A stretch of 64,000 nucleotides of DNA from an uncultured Ignavibacteria bacterium (GCA_964440935.1 CAYTTY010000012.1:12873-76872), one strand, 5' to 3'. Positions 1 through 10,842 are shown, counted from the first letter of the stretch. The notes: generated by a model from the sequence alone, not told the origin. Numbers and translations: made by a program.

Positions 1-1016
1 GATCGTCCGATCGCGTCGCCAATCGTGATTTTCCGTGAGAGATATAAGTCACACAGTGACTGATTCATGGTGCGCATGCCGAACTTCTGGCCGGCCTGAA
101 TCAAGCTGTATACCTGATGAATCTTATCGTCGCGAATGACGGCCCGGATAGCGGGCGTACAGATGAGCACTTCCAACGCCGGCGCGCGTCCGCCGCCAAT
201 CTTTGGAATCAACTGCTGGGACACGACCGCCTGCAAGACGAATGATAACGTAACCCGAACCTGCTCTTGCTGATTCACAGGGAACACGTCGACGATGCGA
301 TTGATCGACTCCGCGGCCGAGTTCGTGTGCAATGTCGCAAATGCCAGGTGACCGGTTTCGGAAATATTCAGCGCCGACTCGACCGTTTCGAGGTCGCGCA
401 TCTCACCGATCAGCACAACATCGGGATCCTCTCGTAAGGCGTATTTCAACGCTGAGGAGAACGACGGCGTGTCGGTGTAGACCTCACGCTGATTGACAAT
501 CGAACTTTCATGGCGGTGGAGATACTCGATCGGGTCTTCCACGGTGATGATGTGGCTGTACCGCTCCTTATTGATCTTATCGATCAACGCCGCCAGGGTT
601 GTCGATTTTCCCGATCCGGTTGGGCCGGTAACCAGAACAAGCCCCCGCGGCAGGTCGGCCAGTTCGGCAATGACCTTCGGGATACCGAGTTCTTCAAAGC
701 TGTTGATCTTGTACGGGATCTGCCGAATGGCGACGGCGACATTACCACGCTGGACAAACACATTACAACGGAACCGGCTCAGATTCTCAATACCGAACGA
801 GAGATCCAGCTCCCAGATTTCTTCGAATTTCTTCCGTTGCTTTTCATTCATCACGCTGTAGGCCAGCTTTTTGGTCTGATCTGGGGACAGCGGTTCCATA
901 TCGGTACGCTGCAATCGCCCATCGATGCGCAATTGCGGCGGTGAGCCGACCGTGAGATGCAAATCGGATGCACCACGTTCGTGCATCAACTCCAGTAGTT
1001 CGCGCAGTGTGACCAT
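1..1016 (-). CDS. pilT: Type IV pilus retraction ATPase PilT (twitching motility), 5' part of gene. The C-terminal end of the protein lies beyond window position 1.
   Basis: Translating the minus strand from the ATG at 1016 gives MVTLRELLELMHERGASDLHLTVGSPPQLRIDG...GLVLVTGPTGSGKSTTLAALIDKIN. The Walker A GPTGSGKST and overall PilT/PilU pattern are present. The ORF runs off the window start. Confidence 0.85.
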   Translation of the reverse strand, partial: MVTLRELLELMHERGASDLHLTVGSPPQLRIDGRLQRTDMEPLSPDQTKKLAYSVMNEKQRKKFEEIWELDLSFGIENLSRFRCNVFVQRGNVAVAIRQIPYKINSFEELGIPKVIAELADLPRGLVLVTGPTGSGKSTTLAALIDKINKERYSHIITVEDPIEYLHRHESSIVNQREVYTDTPSFSSALKYALREDPDVVLIGEMRDLETVESALNISETGHLAFATLHTNSAAESINRIVDVFPVNQQEQVRVTLSFVLQAVVSQQLIPKIGGGRAPALEVLICTPAIRAVIRDDKIHQVYSLIQAGQKFGMRTMNQSLCDLYLSRKITIGDAIGR

Positions 1017-1115
1017 AAGATGTCGTGACCGGGTGCCGTCCGCCCTCCGGGACACCCAGTATGCTCCTCTGTGAGATTATCGGTTCCGAATCCCCATGGC
1101 TTGACGGCTGGTTTT

Positions 1116-2810
1116 TTAGGACGATTCCGCCAGGACTTGCTCCAATGGGATGATCCCGTTTTTCATCTTATCGATAGCGGCCATTCGCAGGGTCATCATG
1201 CCCTCCTTGACCGCCTGTTGCCGAATTTGCTCCACCGAGGCGTCTTCCAGGATCATGCGTTCGATCGCCGTCGTCACCGGCATCACCTCGAAAATGCCGG
1301 TCCGTCCCGACATGCCGGTCTGATTGCAGTCAGAGCAACCCACCCCTTCAAAAATCTTTAAGTCGGCGATTTCCCCGGGCTCCAATGCCAGTTTCTCCAA
1401 GTGTTCATCGGTGACGCTCACTTCGTGTTTACACGACGAGCAAATCTTGCGAATCATTCGCTGGGCCATAATCAACTTCGTCGCCGATGCCACGAGATAT
1501 CCTGGAATGCCCATGTCGATGAGACGCGCGACCGTTGAGGGTGCGTCGTTCGTGTGTAATGTGGACAGCACCAAGTGGCCCGTGAGTGCCGCACGAATGG
1601 CAATCTCGGCCGTCTCGGTATCGCGGATCTCACCGACCATGATGATGTCGGGGTCCTGTCGCAAGAACGAACGCAGCGACTTGGCAAAAGTCAGACCGAT
1701 TTCGGTGCGGACGGCGACCTGATTGATTCCATCGAAGTTGAACTCGACCGGATCCTCGGCGGTCATGATGTTCACATCGCCGCTGTTCAATGTTTTCAGT
1801 GCTGAGTACAGGGTTGTCGTCTTACCCGATCCGGTTGGCCCGGTTACCAGGATCATCCCAAACGGCAGAGTGATCGCGTGCTGGAAATTCTTGAGCGCCA
1901 GGCCCGGGAAACCAAGCCGTGTCAGATCAGTCATGAGCGACTGCGGATCCAGAATTCGCATCACGACCTTCTCACCGAAGATCGTGGGCAACACCGACAC
2001 TCGCAGATCGATGGCGCGCTTGCCCATTTTGACTTTGATGCGTCCGTCCTGCGGCAGCCGGCGTTCGGAAATGTCGAGATCGGCCATGATCTTGACACGT
2101 GAGACAATGGCCGCACGGTATTTGAACGGCAGCGGCTCGGTCTCTTTCAAAACGCCGTCGACACGGTAGCGGACGCGGATGCGTTTTTCGTACGTCTCGA
2201 TATGAATGTCCGACGCGCCACTGCGAATCGCTTCCATGATGAGACCGTCCACCAGCCGCACCAGGGGTTTGTCCTGGACCTGAGATTGCAGGTCGGTTTC
2301 GTTGAAAGAGTCGTCAGTCTCGATGACTTCGAGTCCGCCCTCTTCCTCTTCCAATCCCTTGAGGAGATCGCCAATCCCACTGGCGTTTTTGTAGTACTGG
2401 TCAATGGCCTTCGTGATCGCCCGTTCAGGTGAGATAACGGGCTGAATGGTACAGCCGGTGATGAATTTCAGGGCATCGATGACATAAATATTGTGGGGAT
2501 CGCTGATCGCGACCACCAACGTCTTGTTCAGTTTGGAAATGGCGATGACGTTGAAGCGACGCGCGATGTCCTGCGGAATTAACTGAACAACTTCGGGATT
2601 GAGTTCAACGTCGGAGAGGCGCAATGCGCCGATGTTTAATTGGCGTCCGATGAAATGGGTGAGTTCATCTTCATCGCCGATGGCGCCCATCTTGAGCAGG
2701 ACATCGACGAATTTCTCGTGGGATTCCTTTTGCGTCTCAAGCGCCTGGGTGAGTTGGTCGGGCGTGATCTTGCCCGCTTTCACCAGCATATGGCCAAGTT
2801 CCTGAGACAT
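1116..2810 (-). CDS. pilB: Type IV pilus assembly ATPase PilB (GspE family)
   Basis: 564 aa. N-terminal GSPII_E_N-like region followed by a GspE ATPase core with Walker A GPTGSGKTTT and a C-terminal CxxC...CxxC zinc motif (CSSCKHE...CSDCNQTG). Confidence 0.85.
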   Translation of the reverse strand: MSQELGHMLVKAGKITPDQLTQALETQKESHEKFVDVLLKMGAIGDEDELTHFIGRQLNIGALRLSDVELNPEVVQLIPQDIARRFNVIAISKLNKTLVVAISDPHNIYVIDALKFITGCTIQPVISPERAITKAIDQYYKNASGIGDLLKGLEEEEGGLEVIETDDSFNETDLQSQVQDKPLVRLVDGLIMEAIRSGASDIHIETYEKRIRVRYRVDGVLKETEPLPFKYRAAIVSRVKIMADLDISERRLPQDGRIKVKMGKRAIDLRVSVLPTIFGEKVVMRILDPQSLMTDLTRLGFPGLALKNFQHAITLPFGMILVTGPTGSGKTTTLYSALKTLNSGDVNIMTAEDPVEFNFDGINQVAVRTEIGLTFAKSLRSFLRQDPDIIMVGEIRDTETAEIAIRAALTGHLVLSTLHTNDAPSTVARLIDMGIPGYLVASATKLIMAQRMIRKICSSCKHEVSVTDEHLEKLALEPGEIADLKIFEGVGCSDCNQTGMSGRTGIFEVMPVTTAIERMILEDASVEQIRQQAVKEGMMTLRMAAIDKMKNGIIPLEQVLAESS

Positions 2811-2878
2811 CCATCCTCACTCATTCAGCGCTACGTTGAAACACAATTCACCGTTCCCCCCGAGAAGAGAGAGCGGGA

Positions 2879-3361
2879 CTAATCTTTGAAGACGTCATCG
2901 ATCTTCGAGCCGGCCGACTCAGCAAACTGCGGATCCAACTCCGGTGCATTGTTTTCGGCCTGTGCACGCGTGAGAAGCTCTTTAAGCTTGTCGCTGGTTT
3001 CCTTGGCGTACAAACGCACCATCCCAATGGTCGTGCGATCATCGAAGACGATCGCGAGAATGCATCGTTCGCCGACCAGTGAAATGTGGATATGATCCTT
3101 GTGTCCCTGGTGAAACAGCACCGAGAATTCTGGTTCCCCGACGAGGCGGGCGATCTCCTTGGTCGACGCAAAGCTGCCCGCCAACAGGGCCGACAACGCG
3201 GTGGTATCGAGCGATTGCGTAAATCCCTGGCGTGTGATCAAGTGGCCATCCTTGTCGACCAGCAAGGCACACTTGGCTTCCGCCTTTTTGATCATCCGCA
3301 AAATGATCGCGTTGATCTGATCAATTTGTTCTTCCATCAGGACAAATGACTGAGACGACAT
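2879..3361 (-). CDS. mglB: MglB, roadblock/LC7-domain GTPase-activating partner of MglA. The ORF extends to 3391, but the ATG at 3361 (MSSQSFVLMEEQ...) avoids overlap with mglA.
   Basis: Strong similarity to Myxococcus MglB across its length (VLMEEQIDQINAI...LLVDKDGHLI...DTTALSALLAG...EFSVLFHQGHKDHIHISLVGERCILAIVFDDRTTIGMVRLYAKETSDKL). The acidic C-terminal tail is typical of MglB. Confidence 0.8.
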   Translation of the reverse strand: MSSQSFVLMEEQIDQINAIILRMIKKAEAKCALLVDKDGHLITRQGFTQSLDTTALSALLAGSFASTKEIARLVGEPEFSVLFHQGHKDHIHISLVGERCILAIVFDDRTTIGMVRLYAKETSDKLKELLTRAQAENNAPELDPQFAESAGSKIDDVFKD

Positions 3362-3372
3362 CGGCCACCTCC

Positions 3373-4365
<993 letters not shown>

Positions 4366-4398
4366 AAGTCGTCCGTTCTCCGGTTCGTCATGAACCGT

Positions 4399-4737
4399 TT
4401 AGATTCGCTGTAACTGTTCGATGGCATTGCGAATTTCGAGGCGCACCAGACCGATGTTCACGCGCGGTTCGGTGGTCACGACCAACGTTCCGATTCCCGC
4501 GTTGGACAGGAACATCTTATGATTGTCCGACTCGACCGTCACCTGAGCCAGATCGCCGCTTTTCATTCCATCGAGTGATTTGCGCACGGTGGCGGCAATC
4601 GAGGACGCCAGCGCGCCCACCGTATCGTCGTCGGTCTGACTGGTCAGATCCGCCGCAATGACGATCCCGTCATTGCCGACAACGAGGCTTCCGGTCACGC
4701 CACTCGTTTTGTTGAGCTGTGCCAATACGTCGTACAT
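4399..4737 (-). CDS. Roadblock/LC7-domain protein (second MglB/MglC-like paralog)
   Basis: 112 aa with the single-domain roadblock pattern (GSLVVGNDGIVIAADL...VGALASSIAATV...DLAQVTVESDNHKMFLSNAGIGTLVVTTEP). Its ATG overlaps the stop of the upstream gene (ATGA). Confidence 0.65.
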   Translation of the reverse strand: MYDVLAQLNKTSGVTGSLVVGNDGIVIAADLTSQTDDDTVGALASSIAATVRKSLDGMKSGDLAQVTVESDNHKMFLSNAGIGTLVVTTEPRVNIGLVRLEIRNAIEQLQRI

Positions 4738-4739
4738 CG

Positions 4740-5714
4740 TCAGACCTCCTCCAGGACCGCGTAGCTGTGGCGGCGCCGCTGGATATACTTGAGCATCATG
4801 TCGCGTGCTTGTGTCAGGCGCACACCGACCAAATCATCAACCTCGTAGTCGGTCAGCACGCCCAACCAGAAGTCATCAACCGCTTCCAGAATCACCCGTC
4901 CGGCGCTGGAGCGTATCTCGATGCGCTGCGGTTCCACTTCTCCACCGCGCGAAAGGCAGTACTGATTGAAACGGACCATCTCGATGGAGGTCGGCGCCCA
5001 ATACTCGACCGCCCCGGTGTAATCCTGGCGTTGCCAGAACGCCAATGGCAGCCCTTCGCGATCGACCATCCAGCACATCCGAATGCCGGTATATTCGCCG
5101 ACGTAGGCGACCGCCGCATCGAGATCGGGCGTATTGTCGGGGGCTGCTCCGTGTGATGCGGTTCGTCCGGCTGAATTCGCCGGTCGGGTGGCGACCAGTT
5201 TCGGCGCCGCTGTAACCGTGCCTGTGGTGCTTGATCCCGAAGGGCGGGGCGTCGAGTAGCTCGTGGACATGGCGAACCGCGGCTTTGGCGCCGGCTCGGC
5301 ATAGACGATCTTCCAAATCGCTCTGAGGACTAAGGGCGCCGAAAACACATGCAAAAGGACGGTGAACGGATACGACCACATCGCCATCGACGCCGTGTCC
5401 TGAAATCCGTAGTTGTTATTGAATGCGGCCAAACCGGCGAACAGCAGCGCGCACACCAGGCGATAAACCACCGTCATTCCTGAGGCAATGAACCGTTGCG
5501 ATCCTTTTAGCGTGGGCACCAGGAACAGAAGGGCCACGAAGTAGATCAGCCATTCGACCAAGACGATCGCCGGATGGAATTTGAAGTGGCCCAGACCAAC
5601 CGTTTTCGGATACAGCAGGAGTGGCAGGACGGCCAACACACCGGTCCACAAGATGATCTGACGGACGGCGACAGCGGTGCCGGGTCGTATGGATTGTCGT
5701 CTGGGCATAGTCAT
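4740..5714 (-). CDS. Membrane-anchored protein (about 4 predicted TM helices) with a C-terminal roadblock/LC7-like domain
   Basis: The N-terminal ~150 aa are hydrophobic (LWTGVLAVLPLLLY..., LIYFVALLFLVPTL..., LVCALLFAGLAAF..., FTVLLHVFSAPLVL). Then comes a Pro/Ser/Thr linker, followed by a roadblock-like domain of ~130 aa (GIRMCWMVDREGLPLAF...RIEIRSSAGRVILEAVDDFWLGVLTD). Confidence 0.5.
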   Translation of the reverse strand: MTMPRRQSIRPGTAVAVRQIILWTGVLAVLPLLLYPKTVGLGHFKFHPAIVLVEWLIYFVALLFLVPTLKGSQRFIASGMTVVYRLVCALLFAGLAAFNNNYGFQDTASMAMWSYPFTVLLHVFSAPLVLRAIWKIVYAEPAPKPRFAMSTSYSTPRPSGSSTTGTVTAAPKLVATRPANSAGRTASHGAAPDNTPDLDAAVAYVGEYTGIRMCWMVDREGLPLAFWQRQDYTGAVEYWAPTSIEMVRFNQYCLSRGGEVEPQRIEIRSSAGRVILEAVDDFWLGVLTDYEVDDLVGVRLTQARDMMLKYIQRRRHSYAVLEEV

Positions 5715-5728
5715 AACCTTCTATCGCA

Positions 5729-6631
5729 TCACGGTTCTGAACTCTCATCCGGGTCTGAATGGTTTGTCCTGTCGGAGCGGTCGATGCGCGCATACCAGTC
5801 GATTGCGAAGCGCCGTGCCTCGCCGTAGGACATGCCAGATTCTCCGATCAATCCGAGAATCATCGCGTCAAAACGGCCGCACCAGAGTTCACCCTGATCG
5901 GTTTCAACGCGCAGTTCACCGAGTGATCCACTGCTTATCCCTTTGAGGTGGGAGTCAATCTCACGGAACGCATCGAGAAGCGCGTTCACCGCAGGATCGC
6001 CGGTGGTTGTCGCATCGACGGGATAAATCACGTTCGCATTCTCATCCCAAGCGAACACCGATGTCACACCCCGCAACCGGCGGATCTGGTCGGCCCATTC
6101 CGCCCACGTTAGCGTTTCGTCGGGACGGGGGGTCGTGGCTGTGTCGACCATCTCGGGCTGAGTGTCGGCGGTATCGCCAATGTCGGTCGAATCGATGGTT
6201 TGCGCCGGTCGGTCACGCACTGCCTTCATTCGCGCCACGAGATCAATCACGGCCGGGTTACGCCGCTCAGCTCGCTGCAATCGTTCGATGATCGGCTGCG
6301 CCGCGGACGCGTCACCCATTTCAATGAACAGTTCCGCTTCGAGGAGATCGGTGCCCCGTGTCGAACCATCAATCTCGATCGCTTTGCGCAGCGAAGCCAT
6401 TGCATCGGGCAACATCTTTTGATGCAAAAACAATTTGGTCATTACGAGATGCGCCGGCGCATAGTCAGGATGATGTTTCAGTCCGCTTTTGCAGACGGCG
6501 AAGGCGCGTCCGAACTCACCTCGACGGCGATAGGCCTCAGCGAGGGCCGCAAAGACTTGTGAATGGGGATTGTCGGCCAGTATCGCGAGACACCGCTCGA
6601 TGCGCTCATCGAGTTCCGCTACAGTTATCAT
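5729..6631 (-). CDS. TPR-repeat protein fused to a C-terminal roadblock/LC7-like domain
   Basis: The N-terminal ~140 aa are TPR-like helical repeats (AEAYRRRGEFGRAFAVCKSGLKHHPDYAPAHLVMTKLF...). The C-terminal ~110 aa fit the roadblock fold pattern (VTSVFAWDENANVIYPVD...GELRVETDQGELWCGRFDAMILGLIGES). Confidence 0.5.
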   Translation of the reverse strand: MITVAELDERIERCLAILADNPHSQVFAALAEAYRRRGEFGRAFAVCKSGLKHHPDYAPAHLVMTKLFLHQKMLPDAMASLRKAIEIDGSTRGTDLLEAELFIEMGDASAAQPIIERLQRAERRNPAVIDLVARMKAVRDRPAQTIDSTDIGDTADTQPEMVDTATTPRPDETLTWAEWADQIRRLRGVTSVFAWDENANVIYPVDATTTGDPAVNALLDAFREIDSHLKGISSGSLGELRVETDQGELWCGRFDAMILGLIGESGMSYGEARRFAIDWYARIDRSDRTNHSDPDESSEP

Positions 6632-6822
6632 CTAGCCACCCTGGATAGACCAACCCTCTGAACAGCCCGCACCCTGCTCGCCACTTCGGGCTATCTCCTT
6701 ATGACATTTATAGGTATCGACCCTTGGGGGATTCTTCTTAACGATTGTGTGAACGGTAGAAGTGCCCTGGACAGAATCGATTGCCCGTAATTGGAAGGTG
6801 CACCACAATAGGTTAGCCGTTC

Positions 6823-7221
6823 TCACCCGGCCAGCAAGCGCCGCATCCGCGCGGCTCCCACTAAGATGATGAGCACGGCCCCCAATCGGAGGACACCAAC
6901 CCAGAAATCCGACATCGGCAGGAGCCCCGCTTCGGCTCCGAAACCGGCCATCTGTGCCAATCCGAGGACGAGAAATCCCAATGTGAACCACTGCCAGCCC
7001 TGAGCAATGCGGCCGCCGCGAACAGAATTGTACACCTTGAATGCGGTCAGCGCACAGGCCGCGGCGACCAACAACAGCGCGAGTTCAACAAGTGCGCCAC
7101 CGCTGAACATTCCGCCACCCTGCGATTCTGTTTCGGCCACGGCCATCGATGGATACAGGAGAACCACGGCTGGTCCAGCCAGTCCCAGCAGCCTATGTGT
7201 GATTCGGCTCGACATAATCAT
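6823..7221 (-). CDS. Small integral membrane protein, function unknown
   Basis: 132 aa with 3-4 hydrophobic segments. Its start overlaps the stop of the upstream PATAN gene (7218-7221), consistent with translational coupling. Confidence 0.45.
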   Translation of the reverse strand: MIMSSRITHRLLGLAGPAVVLLYPSMAVAETESQGGGMFSGGALVELALLLVAAACALTAFKVYNSVRGGRIAQGWQWFTLGFLVLGLAQMAGFGAEAGLLPMSDFWVGVLRLGAVLIILVGAARMRRLLAG

Positions 7222-8390
7222 GCTCCCATCAGCGCCCGTCGAAATTCAAGGGCGATATCGTAACGTTCGGCCAGGTCGCGCTTTTGCGCTAAGAGGAAGG
7301 TGACATCTTTTTGTATAGCAGCTCGAACCTGACCGGCGACATGAGGACTGATCAGATCGCGCAGTGCCATCACCTTGTCGGCCAGCAGGCGATTCGCCAA
7401 ATCCAACACCCGATGCAGGCGGATTGGATCGGCGATACGCTTGACGACTTCGCGGAACTCCGACTCCGAACCGCCGCTGGCGGCGGTCAGAATACCGACC
7501 AACTCGGCATGATTGTCGGTGCATTCCGGCGGTACGGTGAAGAAGATCCGGTCTCCGTGAGCACCGAGATATTCCGTAAGCACCTTGTGCACGGACCCGA
7601 GCGAGTGTGAGTACAGCCGGTACACCAAATCGTAGAGCTGGAACTCCTCCGATCGACGTGAGACACGTTCTGCAGCGTCCGGACATTCTTCCAACAAATG
7701 GTTTTGCAGCAGTTTGTGGAGCGACTTCGACGCGGCATATTCACCGTGCGAACCCGATACGAGGATGTCGTTAATACTGCGTTCCCCATTGATGGCGGAG
7801 AGCACTTCGATGTCCTCAGCGGTCAGCGTGATCTCCTCATTTTCGAGCTGAGGCGATGGTGTCAGCCGCAGCACAGTATCACCATCAGGCAATGAATGTG
7901 CGACTTCCATATACTCATCGAACCGACGCGCGCCTTCCATCATCACATTGAGTGAATTCAACTCGACCGGGATATGAGTCGCATCGGGCGCCTCACTATC
8001 GACGAACTCAAATTGGCCATCCGGGTAGCTGAAGACCGAGTAGACCATCTCCTCGACTTGCGCCCGCAGGGCGTCCACCACCTTGCTCCGGTCGCACAGT
8101 CCCAGCTCGATCAATGTGTGTCCCAGACGTTTCCCATTGGCGGATTGACGCTTCAATGCGCGGTCAAGCTCATCGGCACTCAACACACCACGGCGGATCA
8201 ACAACTGGCCGAGCCGTTCTTCTTCAATGTTCGAATCGGATGATGCGGCGACAACGTCGCCACCCTTGAAGTAGATGTACTTCGCTCCCTGAGGCCGGAA
8301 CAGACGCAAAACACCGGTCTTCTTTCCGGTAGCAATCAGTTGGAGGATATCTCCAAATGAGAGTGTGCGCAGATTCCCTGTGAATCCCAT
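7218..8390 (-). CDS. PATAN/DUF4388-domain protein, the type reported to co-occur with MglA-like GTPases and roadblock proteins
   Basis: The N-terminus LRTLSFGDILQLIATGKKTGVLRLF matches the DUF4388/PATAN signature (G.L....l.dllQ.l....ktG.L.l). The remainder is alpha-helical. No receiver domain is evident. Confidence 0.6.
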   Translation of the reverse strand: MGFTGNLRTLSFGDILQLIATGKKTGVLRLFRPQGAKYIYFKGGDVVAASSDSNIEEERLGQLLIRRGVLSADELDRALKRQSANGKRLGHTLIELGLCDRSKVVDALRAQVEEMVYSVFSYPDGQFEFVDSEAPDATHIPVELNSLNVMMEGARRFDEYMEVAHSLPDGDTVLRLTPSPQLENEEITLTAEDIEVLSAINGERSINDILVSGSHGEYAASKSLHKLLQNHLLEECPDAAERVSRRSEEFQLYDLVYRLYSHSLGSVHKVLTEYLGAHGDRIFFTVPPECTDNHAELVGILTAASGGSESEFREVVKRIADPIRLHRVLDLANRLLADKVMALRDLISPHVAGQVRAAIQKDVTFLLAQKRDLAERYDIALEFRRALMGA

Positions 8391-8466
8391 AGAGAAGTTC
8401 CCGACGCGGCCATCCTATGGGCCGCGTTTCGCCCTTTATCTTTATCGGGGGCAAGGGAATCGCGCT

Positions 8467-10782
8467 TTACTGAACGGAGGTGTCCCGCCACCGACTATTT
8501 GCGATGGTTGGCAAAATACTGATCCCGCTGGGCCGCCATTCGATGGTGATCCCACCGTGAATCGGAGTGCACCAGAAGGTGATATCGGGGAAATGCGTGC
8601 GCATGTCGTCGAACCAGTTGCGGGGATTCCGGTGAGGAATGTCGTTGCCGTAGAGCACGACATCCTGAGCCGCCGTCGGGGAGAGCAGGCGGCGCAGAAG
8701 CCGGGGCGGCGTGTTGGCCGGCAGGATGAGGACATCCGATCGTCCCGCCAGCAGGCTTCTCCAACCGACTGTCGCCGTGTCACTTGGAAGTGATCTAATG
8801 AAGGTCGCCTGATGGCCGTGCCGTGCGATCTGGTCGGCCCAGTACCGGTCACGCCGGTTAACTCCGGGAAGCTCGGAGAGATAGCGAACATGATGTGGGG
8901 TGACTCCCGGTGCCCCGTTTTCCAACGGTCTTGATGTCTCGTCAACGAGGCTGGTAAGCCACGCGTCGACATCAAGTTGGTTGGTTGACAGACCTTCATG
9001 CCGCAGGAATGGTTCTATTACCCACTCCCTCATGTTGAATGTCACCTGAGGATCATCGGTGAACAGACGGACTTCATCAGTCGGGCCGCCATTGAAGACC
9101 GCCACATGGGCACGGCCCGCATCCAGGAGTGTGAGTTTGTGGGATGGTGGTGGTGCATCGGACAGGAATGAGATTGTAACGGTGACGATAGCAGTCCCAC
9201 TGAGGTTGTAGGCGGCGGGACGAACTAAACGATACCGGTGTCGCCAGTTCAGCACAGCCATGAACACACCATACACTATCACAATTGAAACCAACGATGG
9301 ATTGGGCCAGCGGAGAACCGCTACCGGCAGCGCTGCAAATGATCCGGCGATAGTCAGAAACAGTTTCAACAGAAGCTGCAGCGGAATGCTCAGCAGCGCC
9401 GCCAACCCCGACCACACCAAGTCGCACAGAAGCAGACCAATGCTGAGGTAGACGCACACCGAGGCCAGTGGAACCAACAGGAGATTCGCTGGCAGAGTGA
9501 CGATCGGCACCTCGGCAAAGTGCCAGGCGATGATCGGGGCTGTCGAGACAGTTGCTGCCGTTGTCGACACGCACAAGATCAGCAGCCACCGTTTCCAGCG
9601 CTTTCGTGGTTGTCGCTTCCAGTAGCGCATGGAACCAACCACTGTGATAATGCTGATGACGGCCGCAAACGAGAGTTGAAACCCGGGTTGAAACAGATGC
9701 GTGGGCGAGTGGATCAGAATAATGATCGCCGCTACGCCGACGGCATTAAGCGGACGGATCGGGCGGCGCATGAGCGATCCCGTCATCAACGCTCCAACCA
9801 TCAAAGACGCCCGCACCACCGATGGTTCATTTCGTGCCAGAAAACAGAAGGCGACAACGACGGCGATTACGAGCACTGATCGCGGCGCGCGCGGCACCCC
9901 AAGCAACTTCAGCGGCAACAGCACCAACCCCACCACCAACCACACATTGGCGCCGGAGACGGCCAGCAGATGCAATGCACCGGCATCGCGGACGGTATTC
10001 AGAATCGTTGGCGGCAACTCGCCGATCTCTCCGATGAGAAACCCCAGAATCAATGTTCGCGGCATTTTGGATAGATGCTCAGCAAACACATCGCGCAGCC
10101 ACTGCCGGACCGGTTCGACCAATCGATGCATTGAGAAACCGTCGTCGGGATGGTCGAGGCGGATGATGCGTCCGGCGGGACGAATGAGCGCATCGATGCC
10201 TTTGTTAAACAGGTGATCGGCATAATCGAATCCGCCCGGATTGCGGCGCTCATGCGGAAGTACGACACGTGCGGGCAGACGCACCAAGTCGCCGTGCCGC
10301 AGGCTGTCGAGAGAGCGGCGTGAGGTAAGCAGGACGGTCGATTTTAGGGGGGCGGTCCCATGACGCGTGCGTACACTGGTAAGACCAATCGGTACGCGCG
10401 AGCCGGAGAGACGCTGCTGCGGCGATCCGGCAACCTGGCCAAACAGTTCGACCGGCCGCTTGTAATCGGCCAAATCGACCAAACCGGGATTGGGACGGTT
10501 GCTGGTAACGGATGAGTAACGGATACCGCCAAGCGTAACCGTTAGAAGAGCGACTGACAAGGTGATGAGTAGAACCGATGATCGACGAGCCAACATGATA
10601 GTCGCAACTGCGAGGACGAACGCCACGCCGCCCGCCCACAGCCCGTCGGCCGTTGTCCAGTGGCTCAACCGCGCACACAGCACACCGGCGCCAATGAGAA
10701 TGGCCAGGAGTAATGCCGGATGTCGTGTGGCCTCGACACGTGATTGCAGTGTCGCTGCGCTGGATGATAGCCGTATCGTCAA
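8467..10782 (-). CDS. comEC: DNA internalization competence channel ComEC/Rec2. The C-terminal metallo-beta-lactamase-like domain lacks the HxHxDH motif.
   Basis: 771 aa. A DUF4131-like N-terminal TM region is followed by a Competence domain with ALHLLAVSGANV (canonical HLLAISGLH-like) and 10+ TM helices. The C-terminal ~250 aa are soluble. Confidence 0.8.
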   Translation of the reverse strand: MTIRLSSSAATLQSRVEATRHPALLLAILIGAGVLCARLSHWTTADGLWAGGVAFVLAVATIMLARRSSVLLITLSVALLTVTLGGIRYSSVTSNRPNPGLVDLADYKRPVELFGQVAGSPQQRLSGSRVPIGLTSVRTRHGTAPLKSTVLLTSRRSLDSLRHGDLVRLPARVVLPHERRNPGGFDYADHLFNKGIDALIRPAGRIIRLDHPDDGFSMHRLVEPVRQWLRDVFAEHLSKMPRTLILGFLIGEIGELPPTILNTVRDAGALHLLAVSGANVWLVVGLVLLPLKLLGVPRAPRSVLVIAVVVAFCFLARNEPSVVRASLMVGALMTGSLMRRPIRPLNAVGVAAIIILIHSPTHLFQPGFQLSFAAVISIITVVGSMRYWKRQPRKRWKRWLLILCVSTTAATVSTAPIIAWHFAEVPIVTLPANLLLVPLASVCVYLSIGLLLCDLVWSGLAALLSIPLQLLLKLFLTIAGSFAALPVAVLRWPNPSLVSIVIVYGVFMAVLNWRHRYRLVRPAAYNLSGTAIVTVTISFLSDAPPPSHKLTLLDAGRAHVAVFNGGPTDEVRLFTDDPQVTFNMREWVIEPFLRHEGLSTNQLDVDAWLTSLVDETSRPLENGAPGVTPHHVRYLSELPGVNRRDRYWADQIARHGHQATFIRSLPSDTATVGWRSLLAGRSDVLILPANTPPRLLRRLLSPTAAQDVVLYGNDIPHRNPRNWFDDMRTHFPDITFWCTPIHGGITIEWRPSGISILPTIANSRWRDTSVQ

Positions 10783-10842
10783 CGCACAAATGCGCCCGAT
10801 GCCGTGGACCTCTCGCCGTTATTCAGTTGGATACTACAGGGC

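Noticed and set aside
493-944. Plus-strand ORFs 493-861 and 510-944 (122 and 144 aa)
   Set aside because: They are antisense shadows of pilT. Their translations contain the reverse-read Walker A region (…DPVGPVTRTSP…) and have no independent protein-like features.
1324-2432. Several 60-150-aa ORFs on the plus strand within 1324-2432, plus a nested minus-strand ORF at 1472-1687
   Set aside because: All lie inside the pilB coding region in other frames or on the other strand. The high GC content generates long spurious ORFs. pilB itself has clear family motifs.
6632-6822. Promoter hexamers upstream of the TPR-roadblock gene
   Set aside because: TTCACA and TATAAAT-like hexamers are present but 35 nt apart, and no alternative spacing gives a convincing sigma-70 promoter. 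The lineage is unknown, so the consensus may differ. Not called.
8442-8999. 185-aa minus-strand ORF overlapping the 3' end of comEC
   Set aside because: Alternative frame of comEC. Pro/Arg/Ser-rich with no domain. comEC in its own frame is continuous and family-consistent.
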